64,000 nucleotides of DNA, taken from Candidatus Iainarchaeum sp. Lineage in GTDB: Archaea > Iainarchaeota > Iainarchaeia > Iainarchaeales > JAZDFD01. Numbering within the stretch: position 1 is the first letter of the stretch; each line of letters starts with the position of its first letter. Made by a program: the position numbers and the translations under genes. The notes under the pieces were generated by a model, which had not been told where the DNA came from, did not search any database, and saw only the letters and a program-made list of their open reading frames with translations. The stretch is from positions 5,501-69,500 of the forward strand of contig JAZDFD010000001.1 of assembly GCA_043808155.1 (NCBI GenBank). Reading direction: 5' to 3'. Positions 54,783 through 64,000 of the stretch are shown here, piece by piece.

Positions 54783-54848
54783 AGGCAATGATGAGATTAA
54801 CACCTCTCTGAAATGGCGGATGATGTACTCCCCCTTCAGACTGTTATT
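54783..54848 (+). ncRNA. Candidate box C/D sRNA
   Basis: C box AATGATGA at 54787, 13-nt spacer, CTGA at 54808, GATGATGT at 54818, 12-nt spacer, then a degenerate D box CAGA at about 54837. It lies in a 300-nt intergenic region. Confidence 0.35.
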
Positions 54849-54969
54849 ACTCATACTTTTTTAAACATTTTTGAGTAATAAAACCTACAAGCTAAGTATC
54901 ATTACTTTTTCACTATAAAACACAAAGCTTAAATAATGCTTAGCACATAAGTATTGTAGTGATTTTATA

Positions 54970-55251
54970 GTGGAGATTTTTTGGACAAAACATGCGCTGG
55001 AAAGGTTTATGGAAAGAGCCTTGCTTTATGGTTTGGAAAGAATAGAAGTTGAGGAAATAATCAAAAAACAACTAGTAAGAATTAGAAAAGGTTTTGACAA
55101 AAAGTACAAAAAGGACTGCTTTGAAACCATTGGGGTGGTTGCGAACAAATTTTTCACTGTCCAAAAAGCGGAAGACAAAAAGAGCATAATTGTGATAACA
55201 CTGTGGGAATCAAACAAAAAGGAGGTTGAATTATGGTTATCAAAAAAATAA
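54970..55251 (+). CDS. Small toxin-like protein (DUF4258-like)
   Basis: N-terminal WTKHALERFMER...I pattern. Overlaps the downstream antitoxin-like gene by 19 nt. Confidence 0.4.
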   Translation: MEIFWTKHALERFMERALLYGLERIEVEEIIKKQLVRIRKGFDKKYKKDCFETIGVVANKFFTVQKAEDKKSIIVITLWESNKKEVELWLSKK

Positions 55252-55568
55252 TAAAGTGTCCGGTATGCGAAGGCGAAGCAACTCTTTCAAATGAAAGCAT
55301 AGAATTATTTAAGGGATTGATTAAGTTAAAGAACAACCCAATATACAAATGTAGCTCATGCAAAGAAAAGTTCGCAACAGGGAAAATAGTTGACAAGAGT
55401 CTGCAGGAAGCAAGAAAAGAATTCAGTTTTGCACGGAAATTGATTTCAACAGGCGGAAGCCTTGCAATAACCATCCCGCCAGACCTGGCAAGATTCTATA
55501 AGCTGAAAAAAGGAGAAACCATCGATTTGGTGCCTGCAGGAGAACATCTACTGAAAGTAAAACTTTAA
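55233..55568 (+). CDS. Zinc-ribbon plus AbrB/SpoVT-like antitoxin-type DNA-binding protein
   Basis: CPVCEG...CSSC zinc ribbon followed by the swapped-hairpin motif GGSLAITIPPDLARFYKLKKGETIDL. Confidence 0.5.
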   Translation: MVIKKIIKCPVCEGEATLSNESIELFKGLIKLKNNPIYKCSSCKEKFATGKIVDKSLQEARKEFSFARKLISTGGSLAITIPPDLARFYKLKKGETIDLVPAGEHLLKVKL

Positions 55569-55740
55569 GGTTTTCTTTTTAAACTATAAATTTAATCAGT
55601 TAACACTATACCTTACAATAGGCAATGATGATGTGAAAACCAATTTGAGCAGATAAAACAGGCTATTATTGAGGGTAAGAAAGAGCTGATTTTACAGTAA
55701 ATTTGCGATATATTTAAATACTTTAATCATATAAACTTAT

Positions 55741-56025
55741 ATGATAACTATGGATTCGAGAACAACTGTTTTGCATTACCCGAGGCTGGATACTGTGCTA
55801 ATGATAGAGGATGCCATAAAGAACGCAAAAGATTATCCTAAAAGAACAGAGCTTTGGAAAAAACTGCCAAAGAAAGTAATGTACCAAACCTACAAAATAG
55901 TGGTTGACTATCTGATTGATTCAAGAAAAGTAATGCTTACCAAAGACGACAAGCTTGTCTGGATTTTCGCAGACAACGAAAAACTCAAAAAACTAATCGA
56001 AGAGAGCGTGCCAGCAAATGCGTGA
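55741..56025 (+). CDS. Small protein, putative antitoxin (paralog of 3..275)
   Basis: Same length and conserved TVLM(I/V)E(D/N) pattern as the ORF at 3..275. Its stop overlaps the RelE-like gene. Confidence 0.4.
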   Translation: MITMDSRTTVLHYPRLDTVLMIEDAIKNAKDYPKRTELWKKLPKKVMYQTYKIVVDYLIDSRKVMLTKDDKLVWIFADNEKLKKLIEESVPANA

Positions 56026-56360
56026 AATAAAGTATTCGGCAGAGTTTAACAAAGACTATGTAAAACTAAGGAAAAGAGCAGACAATGGAAACTCTGAAGC
56101 ACAATACCTGCTTGACTTAATCAGCAAGGCAACTGCCAAGCTTGCTGAAAATCCTGAGGCAGGCAAAAAAAATTCCAAGAAAACTCTGGCCAAAAGAATA
56201 TGTGCAAAAATACGGAGTGAATAATTTATGGAAATACAACCTTGACTCAAACTGGCGACTCATTTACACAGTGACAGGCAACCAAGTGGACTTGTTCCTA
56301 ATCTACTTGGAATATATGGATCACAAAAAATACAACAGAAAATTCGGCTACAAAGGTTAA
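56018..56360 (+). pseudogene. RelE/ParE-like toxin gene (paralog of 272..625) disrupted by a +1 frameshift in an A8 homopolymer
   Basis: The N-terminal half is in one frame (56018..56224) and the C-terminal half in another (56142..56360). Removing one A from the A8 run at about 56163-56170 restores ...ENPEAGKKIPRKLWPKEY..., colinear with the copy at 272..625. Confidence 0.55.
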
Positions 56361-56525
56361 GTGCAATTTAACATCAAGATTAGCATTTCATTAATTTTCA
56401 TGTTACAACAAAATTACCAAATCAGTAACATTCGTGTAGCAATCGCTATTTATAAAAAACTTTTTCTCTTTATAAAGAATTGAGTGGAATTGCTTCCCTT
56501 TTAGAAACGCTTTTAAACAGACCAA

Positions 56526-56966
56526 TTGTATAAACTTATGATGAACAAAAAATTATGTTATGGAATCTTAGCAGCCTGTGTTTTAGCTATTGTGATGATT
56601 GGCCTATTTATGTTGAACCCTCTTTTGGATGTAGAAGACGATCCATTTGGTGTGCCGCCAAAAGGAACTTCGCCTAATTGTGGTCCTGAAGATAGATACA
56701 AATTTGATGTAGCGATTAATTCAAAAAATGATTTCATAAACTTCATAAAAAACAATGAAATAAATCAATGGGTAAGATTAGATAATTTTAGAGATGAACA
56801 AGAAGGTAACATCAATTGGGATGACGTTTTAACTGCGATTAAAATTGAAAAAGTTGTTAGTAGAACTGTTTATGTTCTTGACTATAATCCGCAATTTTGT
56901 TCAGGATTTACTTTAAAAATGACTAATGATGGCCACATTTCCGTGTATGGTTGTTGTGGGATATAA
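56526..56966 (+). CDS. Secreted or membrane-anchored hypothetical protein
   Basis: N-terminal TM or signal peptide, with six Cys in the mature region. Confidence 0.35.
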   Translation: MYKLMMNKKLCYGILAACVLAIVMIGLFMLNPLLDVEDDPFGVPPKGTSPNCGPEDRYKFDVAINSKNDFINFIKNNEINQWVRLDNFRDEQEGNINWDDVLTAIKIEKVVSRTVYVLDYNPQFCSGFTLKMTNDGHISVYGCCGI

Positions 56967-57358
56967 AAAATCATTAAAAATATAGCACACATTGTGACTT
57001 TTTCAAGCAAATTTTTTCTTTAATCCACAATTAATTCGTATGAAAGCCCTGCTAACCGGAAGCTTTGACCATATTCTTTTAGTAGTAGCAACGCCCCCCC
57101 CTCCCATATTTCAGGCGACGATGATGTTATTGCCCTAATTGCAATAGGCATAACTTAAAAATATTCAAAAATCAACTTTTTAGTTGATTTTTTTTCAACC
57201 GCAGGTATATTAACACTCGAGACAGGGATATAACTGACAAACCCGAACTTGTTCGCCGGTGAGTCCCGATGCACTCCTTCGGGAGTGCATCACCCGTCTA
57301 AAAAAAGACAAAGAGAGTTGGTCGCAGGGAAATTTTCAGGAGCTCCTTTTTTTCTGCG

Positions 57359-58210
57359 CTATTTGAAATAAGTCATGAATTTTTTCCTTAAAACTTCGGC
57401 CATTTGTTGGTTTTTTGTGATTTTTACCATTATGTCTACTTTTCGTGATGCAAATTTTTTTCTTGTGAACTCTGAAAACAAATCGGTTAGATTAGAATTT
57501 TTTTGATAGAATTGATCGATTACTTTCTTTGATTCTTCTGAATATTCAAAGACAAGTATGGAATCACCATGAACAATAATCTCATTGTCAAATTCATCAA
57601 AGTTCACACCTAGTTTTACTCCACCCCATCCATTTTTTAAGAATTCTTTTGATGCCCATTTATCAAAAGGGAAATTATATCGCGTAACCATATACGAAAG
57701 TGGATTTTTTTTTATTACACTTCTCAGAATTAACATGTCACCGAACTTAAAATTTAAAGGCCACCAAACATGCCTTGTAATTCCAAGTGGTCCAGAGGGT
57801 GTCGAACCAATAAAAACTTGTTTTGCCAATAAATCTGCAATTGTTATAACAACATTCGAATAATCGTCAAATCTCCATTCAATTGATCCTTCGAAATTTG
57901 GATCTAGCGTATATTTTTTCTGTGAATTTGAATAAACATTCTCAATTCTGTCAATAAATCGTCTCTGGTTTGAAATCCATAATTTATGTAATTGGTAGGT
58001 TTTACCCTCTTTTAATATGACATTCATAGCTTCAAGTTCGGTTAATTTTTTATGCACGGCTTGGTAAGAAATGTCTTTGTCACATCTCTTAATAATTAAA
58101 TTGTAAATTTCTTTAGCACTTAATGGCCATTTTTCAGAAAGCACAAAAATAATTGCTTCCTCAGTAGAAGCTTTCTTTGGATTCATTTTTAAAATTTCAA
58201 AATATGACAT
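57359..58210 (-). CDS. wHTH-domain protein, member A of a tandem paralog triplet
   Basis: N-terminal winged-helix-like WPLSAKEIY...SYQAVHKKLTELE and shared downstream motifs (HVWWPL, FDKW, C-terminal YFK). The start was taken at MSYFEIL. Confidence 0.5.
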   Translation of the reverse strand: MSYFEILKMNPKKASTEEAIIFVLSEKWPLSAKEIYNLIIKRCDKDISYQAVHKKLTELEAMNVILKEGKTYQLHKLWISNQRRFIDRIENVYSNSQKKYTLDPNFEGSIEWRFDDYSNVVITIADLLAKQVFIGSTPSGPLGITRHVWWPLNFKFGDMLILRSVIKKNPLSYMVTRYNFPFDKWASKEFLKNGWGGVKLGVNFDEFDNEIIVHGDSILVFEYSEESKKVIDQFYQKNSNLTDLFSEFTRKKFASRKVDIMVKITKNQQMAEVLRKKFMTYFK

Positions 58211-58211
58211 T

Positions 58212-59069
58212 TTATTTCTCCTTGAAATAAGGCAAAACTTGTTGCCTAACAATACCTGCTAACTCAGGATCTTTGATTAATTCAACTTTGATGCTTGCTT
58301 TTCGATTTCTAAAATTATCTAATGCATAATATTTGAACAAAGAACTTAGATTATGAATTTTAGAATATATTTCATCCATAAATTTTTTGGTTTCTTCTGA
58401 AAAAGTGACTTTTGTAATTGTGTCACCGAAAGCACCAATGTCGGACTTAGAACAATCCAATTCCGAAATACCGCATTTGCTCTTAAAGCCCGCTCTACAA
58501 TATTGGTCGGAAATCCATTTATCAAAAGGCGTGTCTTGTTTGAATATAGAATATATGCCGCCAGGATGCACTTGGACCATGCGTACTAATAATTGAAAAT
58601 CCATGAAATTAAATTTTAAAAGCCACCAACCATGATCAAAAGTCCCAACACCCATTTCCGGCCCATTACCAATCAGTATTTTTTTAGTATAAAGTGAACC
58701 CATTGTTGTTGAAAATAAACTTAAATCATTAAACTTCATAGTTACAGTTCCTTCAAAATCAGGACTAACATCGTATTTGCCTTCTGACTCCGCGTATTTG
58801 TTATTTAGACTTTCAAAAAATTCTTTTCTATTAAAAAGCCATGTTTTACTAAGAGAATAATCTTTTCCATTTTTTTCAACAATGTTTTCATCTTCCAATT
58901 CATTCAACGCTTTGTGGATAGCTTGGTATGAAACATTCAGCCCGTAAGTTTTCAAAACTCGAGAATATATTTCCTTAGCAGAAAGCGGCCATTCATTTCC
59001 TAAAATTAGAATGGCGTTGTCTTTTGTTGAGGACGGTTTTGAATAAAGAGGTGAATTTAACGAATTCAT
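58212..59069 (-). CDS. wHTH-domain protein, member B of the tandem paralog triplet
   Basis: Colinear with members A and C (WPLSAKEIY, SYQAIHKALNELE, HGWWLL, FDKW, PYFKEK). Confidence 0.5.
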   Translation of the reverse strand: MNSLNSPLYSKPSSTKDNAILILGNEWPLSAKEIYSRVLKTYGLNVSYQAIHKALNELEDENIVEKNGKDYSLSKTWLFNRKEFFESLNNKYAESEGKYDVSPDFEGTVTMKFNDLSLFSTTMGSLYTKKILIGNGPEMGVGTFDHGWWLLKFNFMDFQLLVRMVQVHPGGIYSIFKQDTPFDKWISDQYCRAGFKSKCGISELDCSKSDIGAFGDTITKVTFSEETKKFMDEIYSKIHNLSSLFKYYALDNFRNRKASIKVELIKDPELAGIVRQQVLPYFKEK

Positions 59070-59902
59070 TTTTTCGTCTCCTTGAAATACTCCAAAGTTT
59101 CTTGCCTTAACTGTTCGGCTAAATGTTTGTCTCTAATAACATGGATTGTTATTCTTGCAGGTTTCATAAAAACTTTTTCAAATAATTCACCAGTGTCAAG
59201 TTCAGAAATGTCTTTAACACTTGAAAATATTGTGTCTAATTCTTTTTTTATGTGCAAAGGATAAAACACCTGAATAACATGATCGCCAATTATTGCTAAA
59301 TCAATGGTATTTGCAACATCAACGCCCATTTTTTCATTTGCACCTCTTTTTGTAAAATAATCAACACACCACTTGTCTACAACTGTAGACCCACGAGTTA
59401 AATCATATAATTCAGTTTCATCACAAACTTTTTTCAGATTTTGATATTTGTCATTATTCAAAAACAATGGAATCCATGCATGATTCCAATGCAAACACAA
59501 AACAGGTTTTTCTTTTGGTTCCCCAACTATTTTTGTTACAACTTCTAAAAGCATCATGTCAGTTTCATACAATGAATTTGTGATTATTGTTTTTGGTTCC
59601 AAAAACTCTGAAGAGTTATATTTTTTTCGGAGAATGCCCTTAGCAAAAGATTCAATTTCATCCGCCCATTGATAATTTAATGCATATTCGCCATTGGCTT
59701 TCAATAATACGTTTTGACTTTCTAGTTCACTTAAAGCCTTATAAACCGCCTGAGATGTTAAAGTACCATTAAACTGTTTAGAAAGCCGTGATTTGATATC
59801 TTTGGCTGAAAGTTGGGATTCATCACTAAGGATACTTATTATGTAATCTTTAGTCCCTTTCCCCTGTGAGCCTAAATGGGGCACGACTAGATTTATTGTC
59901 AT
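59066..59902 (-). CDS. wHTH-domain protein, member C of the tandem paralog triplet
   Basis: LSAKDIKSRL...SQAVYKALSELE, HWNHAWIPL, VDKW, C-terminal EYFKETKK. It overlaps member B by 4 nt. Confidence 0.5.
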   Translation of the reverse strand: MTINLVVPHLGSQGKGTKDYIISILSDESQLSAKDIKSRLSKQFNGTLTSQAVYKALSELESQNVLLKANGEYALNYQWADEIESFAKGILRKKYNSSEFLEPKTIITNSLYETDMMLLEVVTKIVGEPKEKPVLCLHWNHAWIPLFLNNDKYQNLKKVCDETELYDLTRGSTVVDKWCVDYFTKRGANEKMGVDVANTIDLAIIGDHVIQVFYPLHIKKELDTIFSSVKDISELDTGELFEKVFMKPARITIHVIRDKHLAEQLRQETLEYFKETKK

Positions 59903-59971
59903 AGTATTAGAATATGTGGTGAATAATTCTTAAAAAGCAAGTATTTGATTAGAAATTTCAAAAATATTAAC

Positions 59972-61246
59972 TTATTTGCCAAAACTGGCTAAACCAATTG
60001 TTTCATTAAGGCATTTAAGAAGATTCTCTTCAGGAACGTATATCTCGCTTGCACAACAGTAAACGCCTAAAAATGGGGAGTTGCCAAGTGCCTCTCTTAA
60101 ATACTGCCTCTCCACATCTATTTTTTCCATCATTGCCATAACTCTTGGCACTGGACTGAATATAATAGTAAAATCGGGAGTTATTTCTTCTGCTACAGTT
60201 ACTGCAATATCTTTAGCAGCTTTTAATATGTCCTCTCCTTTTCCCCGGCAGAGGTAAAGTGTTTTTTCTTCTACGTTTCTGGCAAAAAGAATCGCATCTC
60301 CGATAACACACAGGGGTGTGACCAGCCAGTAATTTCCCTTATCGTCCTTTTCTGCAGGAATTTCATATATTGTCATAAGCACGGGGTTTGTTTTCCATTG
60401 ATTTTCGAGTTCGGCAGGAATTCCATAAACCTCTTTTAAGCCCTCCCATGCGGGTTTGCCATTTATTTCAAAGGCAAGGCTACCACTCGCTTTTGTTATT
60501 TCCATTTTTTTTCCGGTTGGTTTTAGCCCATGCTTGTACAATGTCCTACTTTTGACATTTGAAGAGATAAGCAAGAACACAACTGAATCACTATACACAT
60601 TGTTGTTTAAAAACTGAAAATTTCTTGTACCCTTAAAATCGTCAAATGCCCCACCACCAAAGATTGGAATTTTACCCTTACTTTCATCAACCATTCCTTG
60701 CAGCACCTCTTCATATTTGGCAGGTCCTGTGCCCTTCATTGCCATAAACTTTGAAAGTGCGGGAAACATGGCTTTGCTTATGCCCATTTTCATCATGCTT
60801 TTCATTCCTGGAATGTCAGGAAACTTCATACCAGAAGGGAATGCAATCCCGTATTTATCTTTATATTTGCTATCTTTTAGTTGCTCTATAGCCATCTTGA
60901 CTGCTTGTCTTCCTGCATTTACAGGGTTGGTTCTTGAACCACCACCGACACCAACTCCAACATCCAAGTCGCCGAAAATGCACATTACCCCAACCCCCCT
61001 AGCATAAACTCTTTCAGGGGTTAACACTGCTGCTCCAGTACATCCCACCACAGGGGCATCAATAATTTTCTTGATTTCCGTCAGCATCTTCTTCAGGTTT
61101 TTTTCATAATGAATAGTAGAAAAAACAATTGCTACTTTTGGGTTTTGTTCATTTCCAAGACTTTTTGTTGCTGCTTCTCTACCAGCCTCAACTGCATCTA
61201 AGTTATCAGACGTTCCCACAATTGCATTAAGTTTGAAGTTGGCCAT
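59972..61246 (-). CDS. FIST-domain sensor protein
   Basis: FIST N-terminal pattern (VAIVFSTIHY ... APVVGCTGAAVL) and a FIST-C-like second half, about 420 aa. Confidence 0.65.
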   Translation of the reverse strand: MANFKLNAIVGTSDNLDAVEAGREAATKSLGNEQNPKVAIVFSTIHYEKNLKKMLTEIKKIIDAPVVGCTGAAVLTPERVYARGVGVMCIFGDLDVGVGVGGGSRTNPVNAGRQAVKMAIEQLKDSKYKDKYGIAFPSGMKFPDIPGMKSMMKMGISKAMFPALSKFMAMKGTGPAKYEEVLQGMVDESKGKIPIFGGGAFDDFKGTRNFQFLNNNVYSDSVVFLLISSNVKSRTLYKHGLKPTGKKMEITKASGSLAFEINGKPAWEGLKEVYGIPAELENQWKTNPVLMTIYEIPAEKDDKGNYWLVTPLCVIGDAILFARNVEEKTLYLCRGKGEDILKAAKDIAVTVAEEITPDFTIIFSPVPRVMAMMEKIDVERQYLREALGNSPFLGVYCCASEIYVPEENLLKCLNETIGLASFGK

Positions 61247-61469
61247 AATGAGTCACCTAGACAGTTTATAAAAGCAATTCATATAATGCACTGAACTACT
61301 ATATTAACATTTCACCTGCAATGTCTATTTTTCATTTGTCAGCTAAAAACTAGTTTCTGCCCAACGCTTTGGAGGCATACATAATTTTTGGATAAAAAAG
61401 AGAATAACAAATATTAAAAAGATTGATTGAGTAAGAAATAGATTATATAACCAAAAAGAATGATAAGAA

Positions 61470-62807
61470 ATGTTGGATGTTGAAAACATAAGAAGGCATT
61501 TTCCAGCAATACAATCTGGCAGAATAGCAACAAATAATGCTTCAACTACCCAAATACCAGACAAACTGCTTAGCTTACAAAAGGAAATAGCGTTAACATA
61601 CGAAAACGTACACAGAGGACATTCTTCAGCATCAATTAAAACCACTAGCTTATTTGAAAACGCCTATAAAGTAATAGCTAACTTTATTGGAGCGGAATCC
61701 TGGAGAAATGTAGTAATCTGTAGGGGTGCCACAGAAGCAATAAACAAAGTCATGTATTCCCTGATGACCGAATTTAAAGATGGCGACAATTTAGTTACAA
61801 CTTACCTTGAGCATAACTCTAATTATGTTCCATGGTACGGCTTAACAAAAGAAATATTACCGCGATTCGGTATCAATGTCGAATGCAGGCTCGCTAAATT
61901 TGACAAGGAAAGCGGAGAGCTAGATCTCGAACACATGGCTGAACTTGTAGATAAAAGAACAAAAATTGTGTGTTGTACTGGTGCATCAAACTTTCTTGGA
62001 ACAAAACCACCTATAAACAAAATAAGAAAAATTGCCAATGATAGTGGATACAAACAGCCGAATGGAATAAACCGTTCATATATGCTAATAGACGGTGCAC
62101 AGCTGGTGCCAAATACTTATTTGGACGTTGTAAAAGAAGACATAGACTTTCTAGCTTGGTCTTTTCATAAAATGCTTGCGCCTTTTGGTATCGGGGCGTT
62201 GTACGCCAAAAAGGAAATCTTGGAAAGCATGAGGTGCTTTCAATACGGAGGGGATATGATCGCTGATGGGCAAGTAAGCCCAGAACACGTTGGCTACAAT
62301 GAACTGCCATGGAAATTCACAGCTGGTACTCCGAACATACTGGGCACCATAGTTGCTGGCGAAGCCACAGAATTCTTGGTTGATGTAGTACTTGGCAGAG
62401 TGGGAGAGAAAAAATATGGAGACATTACTCACCCTACTACAAAAAGAAGTGATATTAAAAAGGTCATGTACGCTGTAGAGCATCACGAACAAAAACTTAC
62501 TCAATACCTTATCGATAAACTAACAGCTATTCCTGAAATTACACTTTACGGTCCGAAAAATGCGGAGAGAAAAACACCCTGCATATCTTTTAATGCAGAA
62601 GGCAAAACAGCATTCCAAATAGCAGAGGAATTGAATAAGAGAAATATTGAATCAAGAGCCGGATGCCACTGTGCAACTTTAGCGCATTTTTTTTATGAGC
62701 TCGACCCGCCTGCAAGCTGTAGAATAAGTCCCTACATATATAACACAATGAACGAAATGAAGTATGTTGTGGATGCAATAGAAGATATAGTGCGCACGCC
62801 TAGCTGA
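61470..62807 (+). CDS. Class V aminotransferase-fold PLP enzyme (cysteine desulfurase SufS/CsdA-like)
   Basis: PLP-lysine motif SFHKMLAPFGIGALY and a C-terminal active-site Cys region (RAGCHCA). Confidence 0.8.
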   Translation: MLDVENIRRHFPAIQSGRIATNNASTTQIPDKLLSLQKEIALTYENVHRGHSSASIKTTSLFENAYKVIANFIGAESWRNVVICRGATEAINKVMYSLMTEFKDGDNLVTTYLEHNSNYVPWYGLTKEILPRFGINVECRLAKFDKESGELDLEHMAELVDKRTKIVCCTGASNFLGTKPPINKIRKIANDSGYKQPNGINRSYMLIDGAQLVPNTYLDVVKEDIDFLAWSFHKMLAPFGIGALYAKKEILESMRCFQYGGDMIADGQVSPEHVGYNELPWKFTAGTPNILGTIVAGEATEFLVDVVLGRVGEKKYGDITHPTTKRSDIKKVMYAVEHHEQKLTQYLIDKLTAIPEITLYGPKNAERKTPCISFNAEGKTAFQIAEELNKRNIESRAGCHCATLAHFFYELDPPASCRISPYIYNTMNEMKYVVDAIEDIVRTPS

Positions 62808-63162
62808 TGATTTTTTTTATTTTCCTTTTTGTATTTTCTATTTCTAAATTTAGTAAACCTCTGTTTGCAAGTTCGGGGATTACTACAATCAAACTATTAT
62901 TTCGGCTTATCGGCTCTGTAATTACTACATACTTACCTATCTCGAAAGTAGCCCTAGTATTCCCATAATCATAAAATTGGTCAATCAAATCAAATAATCG
63001 GTCAGTTGTCTTTACTAGAAGAACCCATAAATCAACATTTTTCACTTTAATCTTAGAAGGGACAATTCCTTCCAACCCTTTCTTAGCGACCATGCAAGCT
63101 AATACATCATCTAGTTTAAGTAAATCATTTAATACTTTAAGTATTTCTTCTCTTTTTGTCAC
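62800..63162 (-). CDS. Roadblock/LC7 (MglB-like) domain protein
   Basis: About 120 aa with GLEGIVPSK...TRATFEIGKYVVIT, typical of Roadblock/LC7. Confidence 0.65.
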   Translation of the reverse strand: MTKREEILKVLNDLLKLDDVLACMVAKKGLEGIVPSKIKVKNVDLWVLLVKTTDRLFDLIDQFYDYGNTRATFEIGKYVVITEPISRNNSLIVVIPELANRGLLNLEIENTKRKIKKIIS

Positions 63163-63219
63163 TCAAAATACCGCCAGTTAACAATTTTTAATTATTAATT
63201 TATAAATTAAGTTATAAAA

Positions 63220-63984
63220 TTATAAGTCAATTTCCTTTTCCTTAATTTCAATTCCTTTTGTAGTCATGTCATAGGCAAGAGAACCTTTTTCATGATCGCT
63301 ATAACGCATTTTTCTTATCCTCAAAATTCTAAATGCTGATGCCCCTGCACTCATATAATTCAAAACAATAACCCCATCAGCAATAAACTCAGTAGTCTGA
63401 TCTGCACTCAAGTAATGTGATTCCTCTGGCAATTCAGAAGTAAGCAAAACAGTAGCCCGGAATAATTTTAATTTCCCGATTAATCTGTAGAGCATTGCTT
63501 TGGATAATGTTTTTTCGGTGTTGGGAAATGGGGAAACTGTGTCTGCTACTTGGATTAGAGAGAATGCAGAGTTGCCTTTCATTCCCGAAATTAGAAGTGA
63601 ATCTGTTAATGTTGTTAATGAATCAATAACCATTCTTGATGGTTCAAAGGAAGTGTAAGCATCATAAATTCTTTGTAATGCATTTTCTGCTTTTGTTACT
63701 TCAATATATTCAATTCTGAGAAGATTTTTTCTGATAAGGTCTTCCAAATCCCAGCCATATGCTGAGGCTTGTTTGTTAAGTTCTTCTTCGGATTGTTCTG
63801 TGCTGACGTAAAGGCCTCGTTCTCCGAACATTTTTGCTCCGTTGTAGAGGTACTGCATGCCAAGTGTACTTTTTCCTGTACCTGCTCCCCCTGAAACTAA
63901 AACAAGGTTGCCTTGAGGAATGCCCCCATTAAGTGCTTTGTCAAGTCCTTCAATTCCTGTTTTTACACGTTCAATGTCTGTCAT
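63220..63984 (-). CDS. KaiC-like (RecA-superfamily) ATPase
   Basis: Walker A LVSGGAGTGKSTLGMQY and the KaiC/RadA-like single-domain architecture. Confidence 0.8.
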   Translation of the reverse strand: MTDIERVKTGIEGLDKALNGGIPQGNLVLVSGGAGTGKSTLGMQYLYNGAKMFGERGLYVSTEQSEEELNKQASAYGWDLEDLIRKNLLRIEYIEVTKAENALQRIYDAYTSFEPSRMVIDSLTTLTDSLLISGMKGNSAFSLIQVADTVSPFPNTEKTLSKAMLYRLIGKLKLFRATVLLTSELPEESHYLSADQTTEFIADGVIVLNYMSAGASAFRILRIRKMRYSDHEKGSLAYDMTTKGIEIKEKEIDL

Positions 63985-64000
63985 TCTACCGTCACCCCTC

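Noticed and set aside
57268-57291. The 10-bp UUCG hairpin as an intrinsic terminator for the convergent genes
   Set aside because: There is no oligo-T tract following it on either strand, and archaeal termination relies on T-runs. It is kept as an unexplained structured element instead.

Overview
This is a low-GC (roughly one third GC) archaeal chromosomal segment, most likely from a DPANN-type archaeon, dominated by translation and RNA-processing housekeeping genes. The protein-coding content includes ProRS, AsnRS, AspRS, GlyRS, GatD/GatE, AlaX, a DRG GTPase, Nop5, fibrillarin, two beta-CASP nucleases, an Nmd3-like protein, an ATP-dependent DNA ligase, GDH, a carbamate kinase-OTC pair and a KaiC-like ATPase. 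It also carries accessory features: an M23 peptidase, toxin-antitoxin modules, a free-standing LAGLIDADG endonuclease, an extracytoplasmic thiol-disulfide cluster, and a tandem triplet of wHTH paralogs next to a FIST sensor. I identified seven tRNA genes by hand-folding: Trp with a ~169-nt intron, Arg with a ~68-nt intron, Pro(GGG), Pro(TGG), Gln, Ile and Thr. The most unusual signal is a family of composite two-hairpin repeats on the + strand, all associated with tRNA genes or tRNA fragments. Each unit is AATATTACYG, a 7-8 bp hairpin and CACATAT, followed by a GC-rich GCCGG...CGGC hairpin. The hairpin arms vary only by compensatory or G-U-compatible changes. A related hairpin plus GC-box leader directly abuts the mature 5' ends of tRNA-Trp, tRNA-Pro(TGG) and tRNA-Arg, and it is 38/38 nt identical between Trp and Pro on opposite strands 4.8 kb apart. 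The same module also sits inside the tRNA-Trp intron in front of the 3' exon. Duplicated tRNA 3'-end fragments lie downstream of tRNA-Arg and tRNA-Gln. Nothing here was searched against databases; every protein call is by motif recognition and every RNA call by manual folding.
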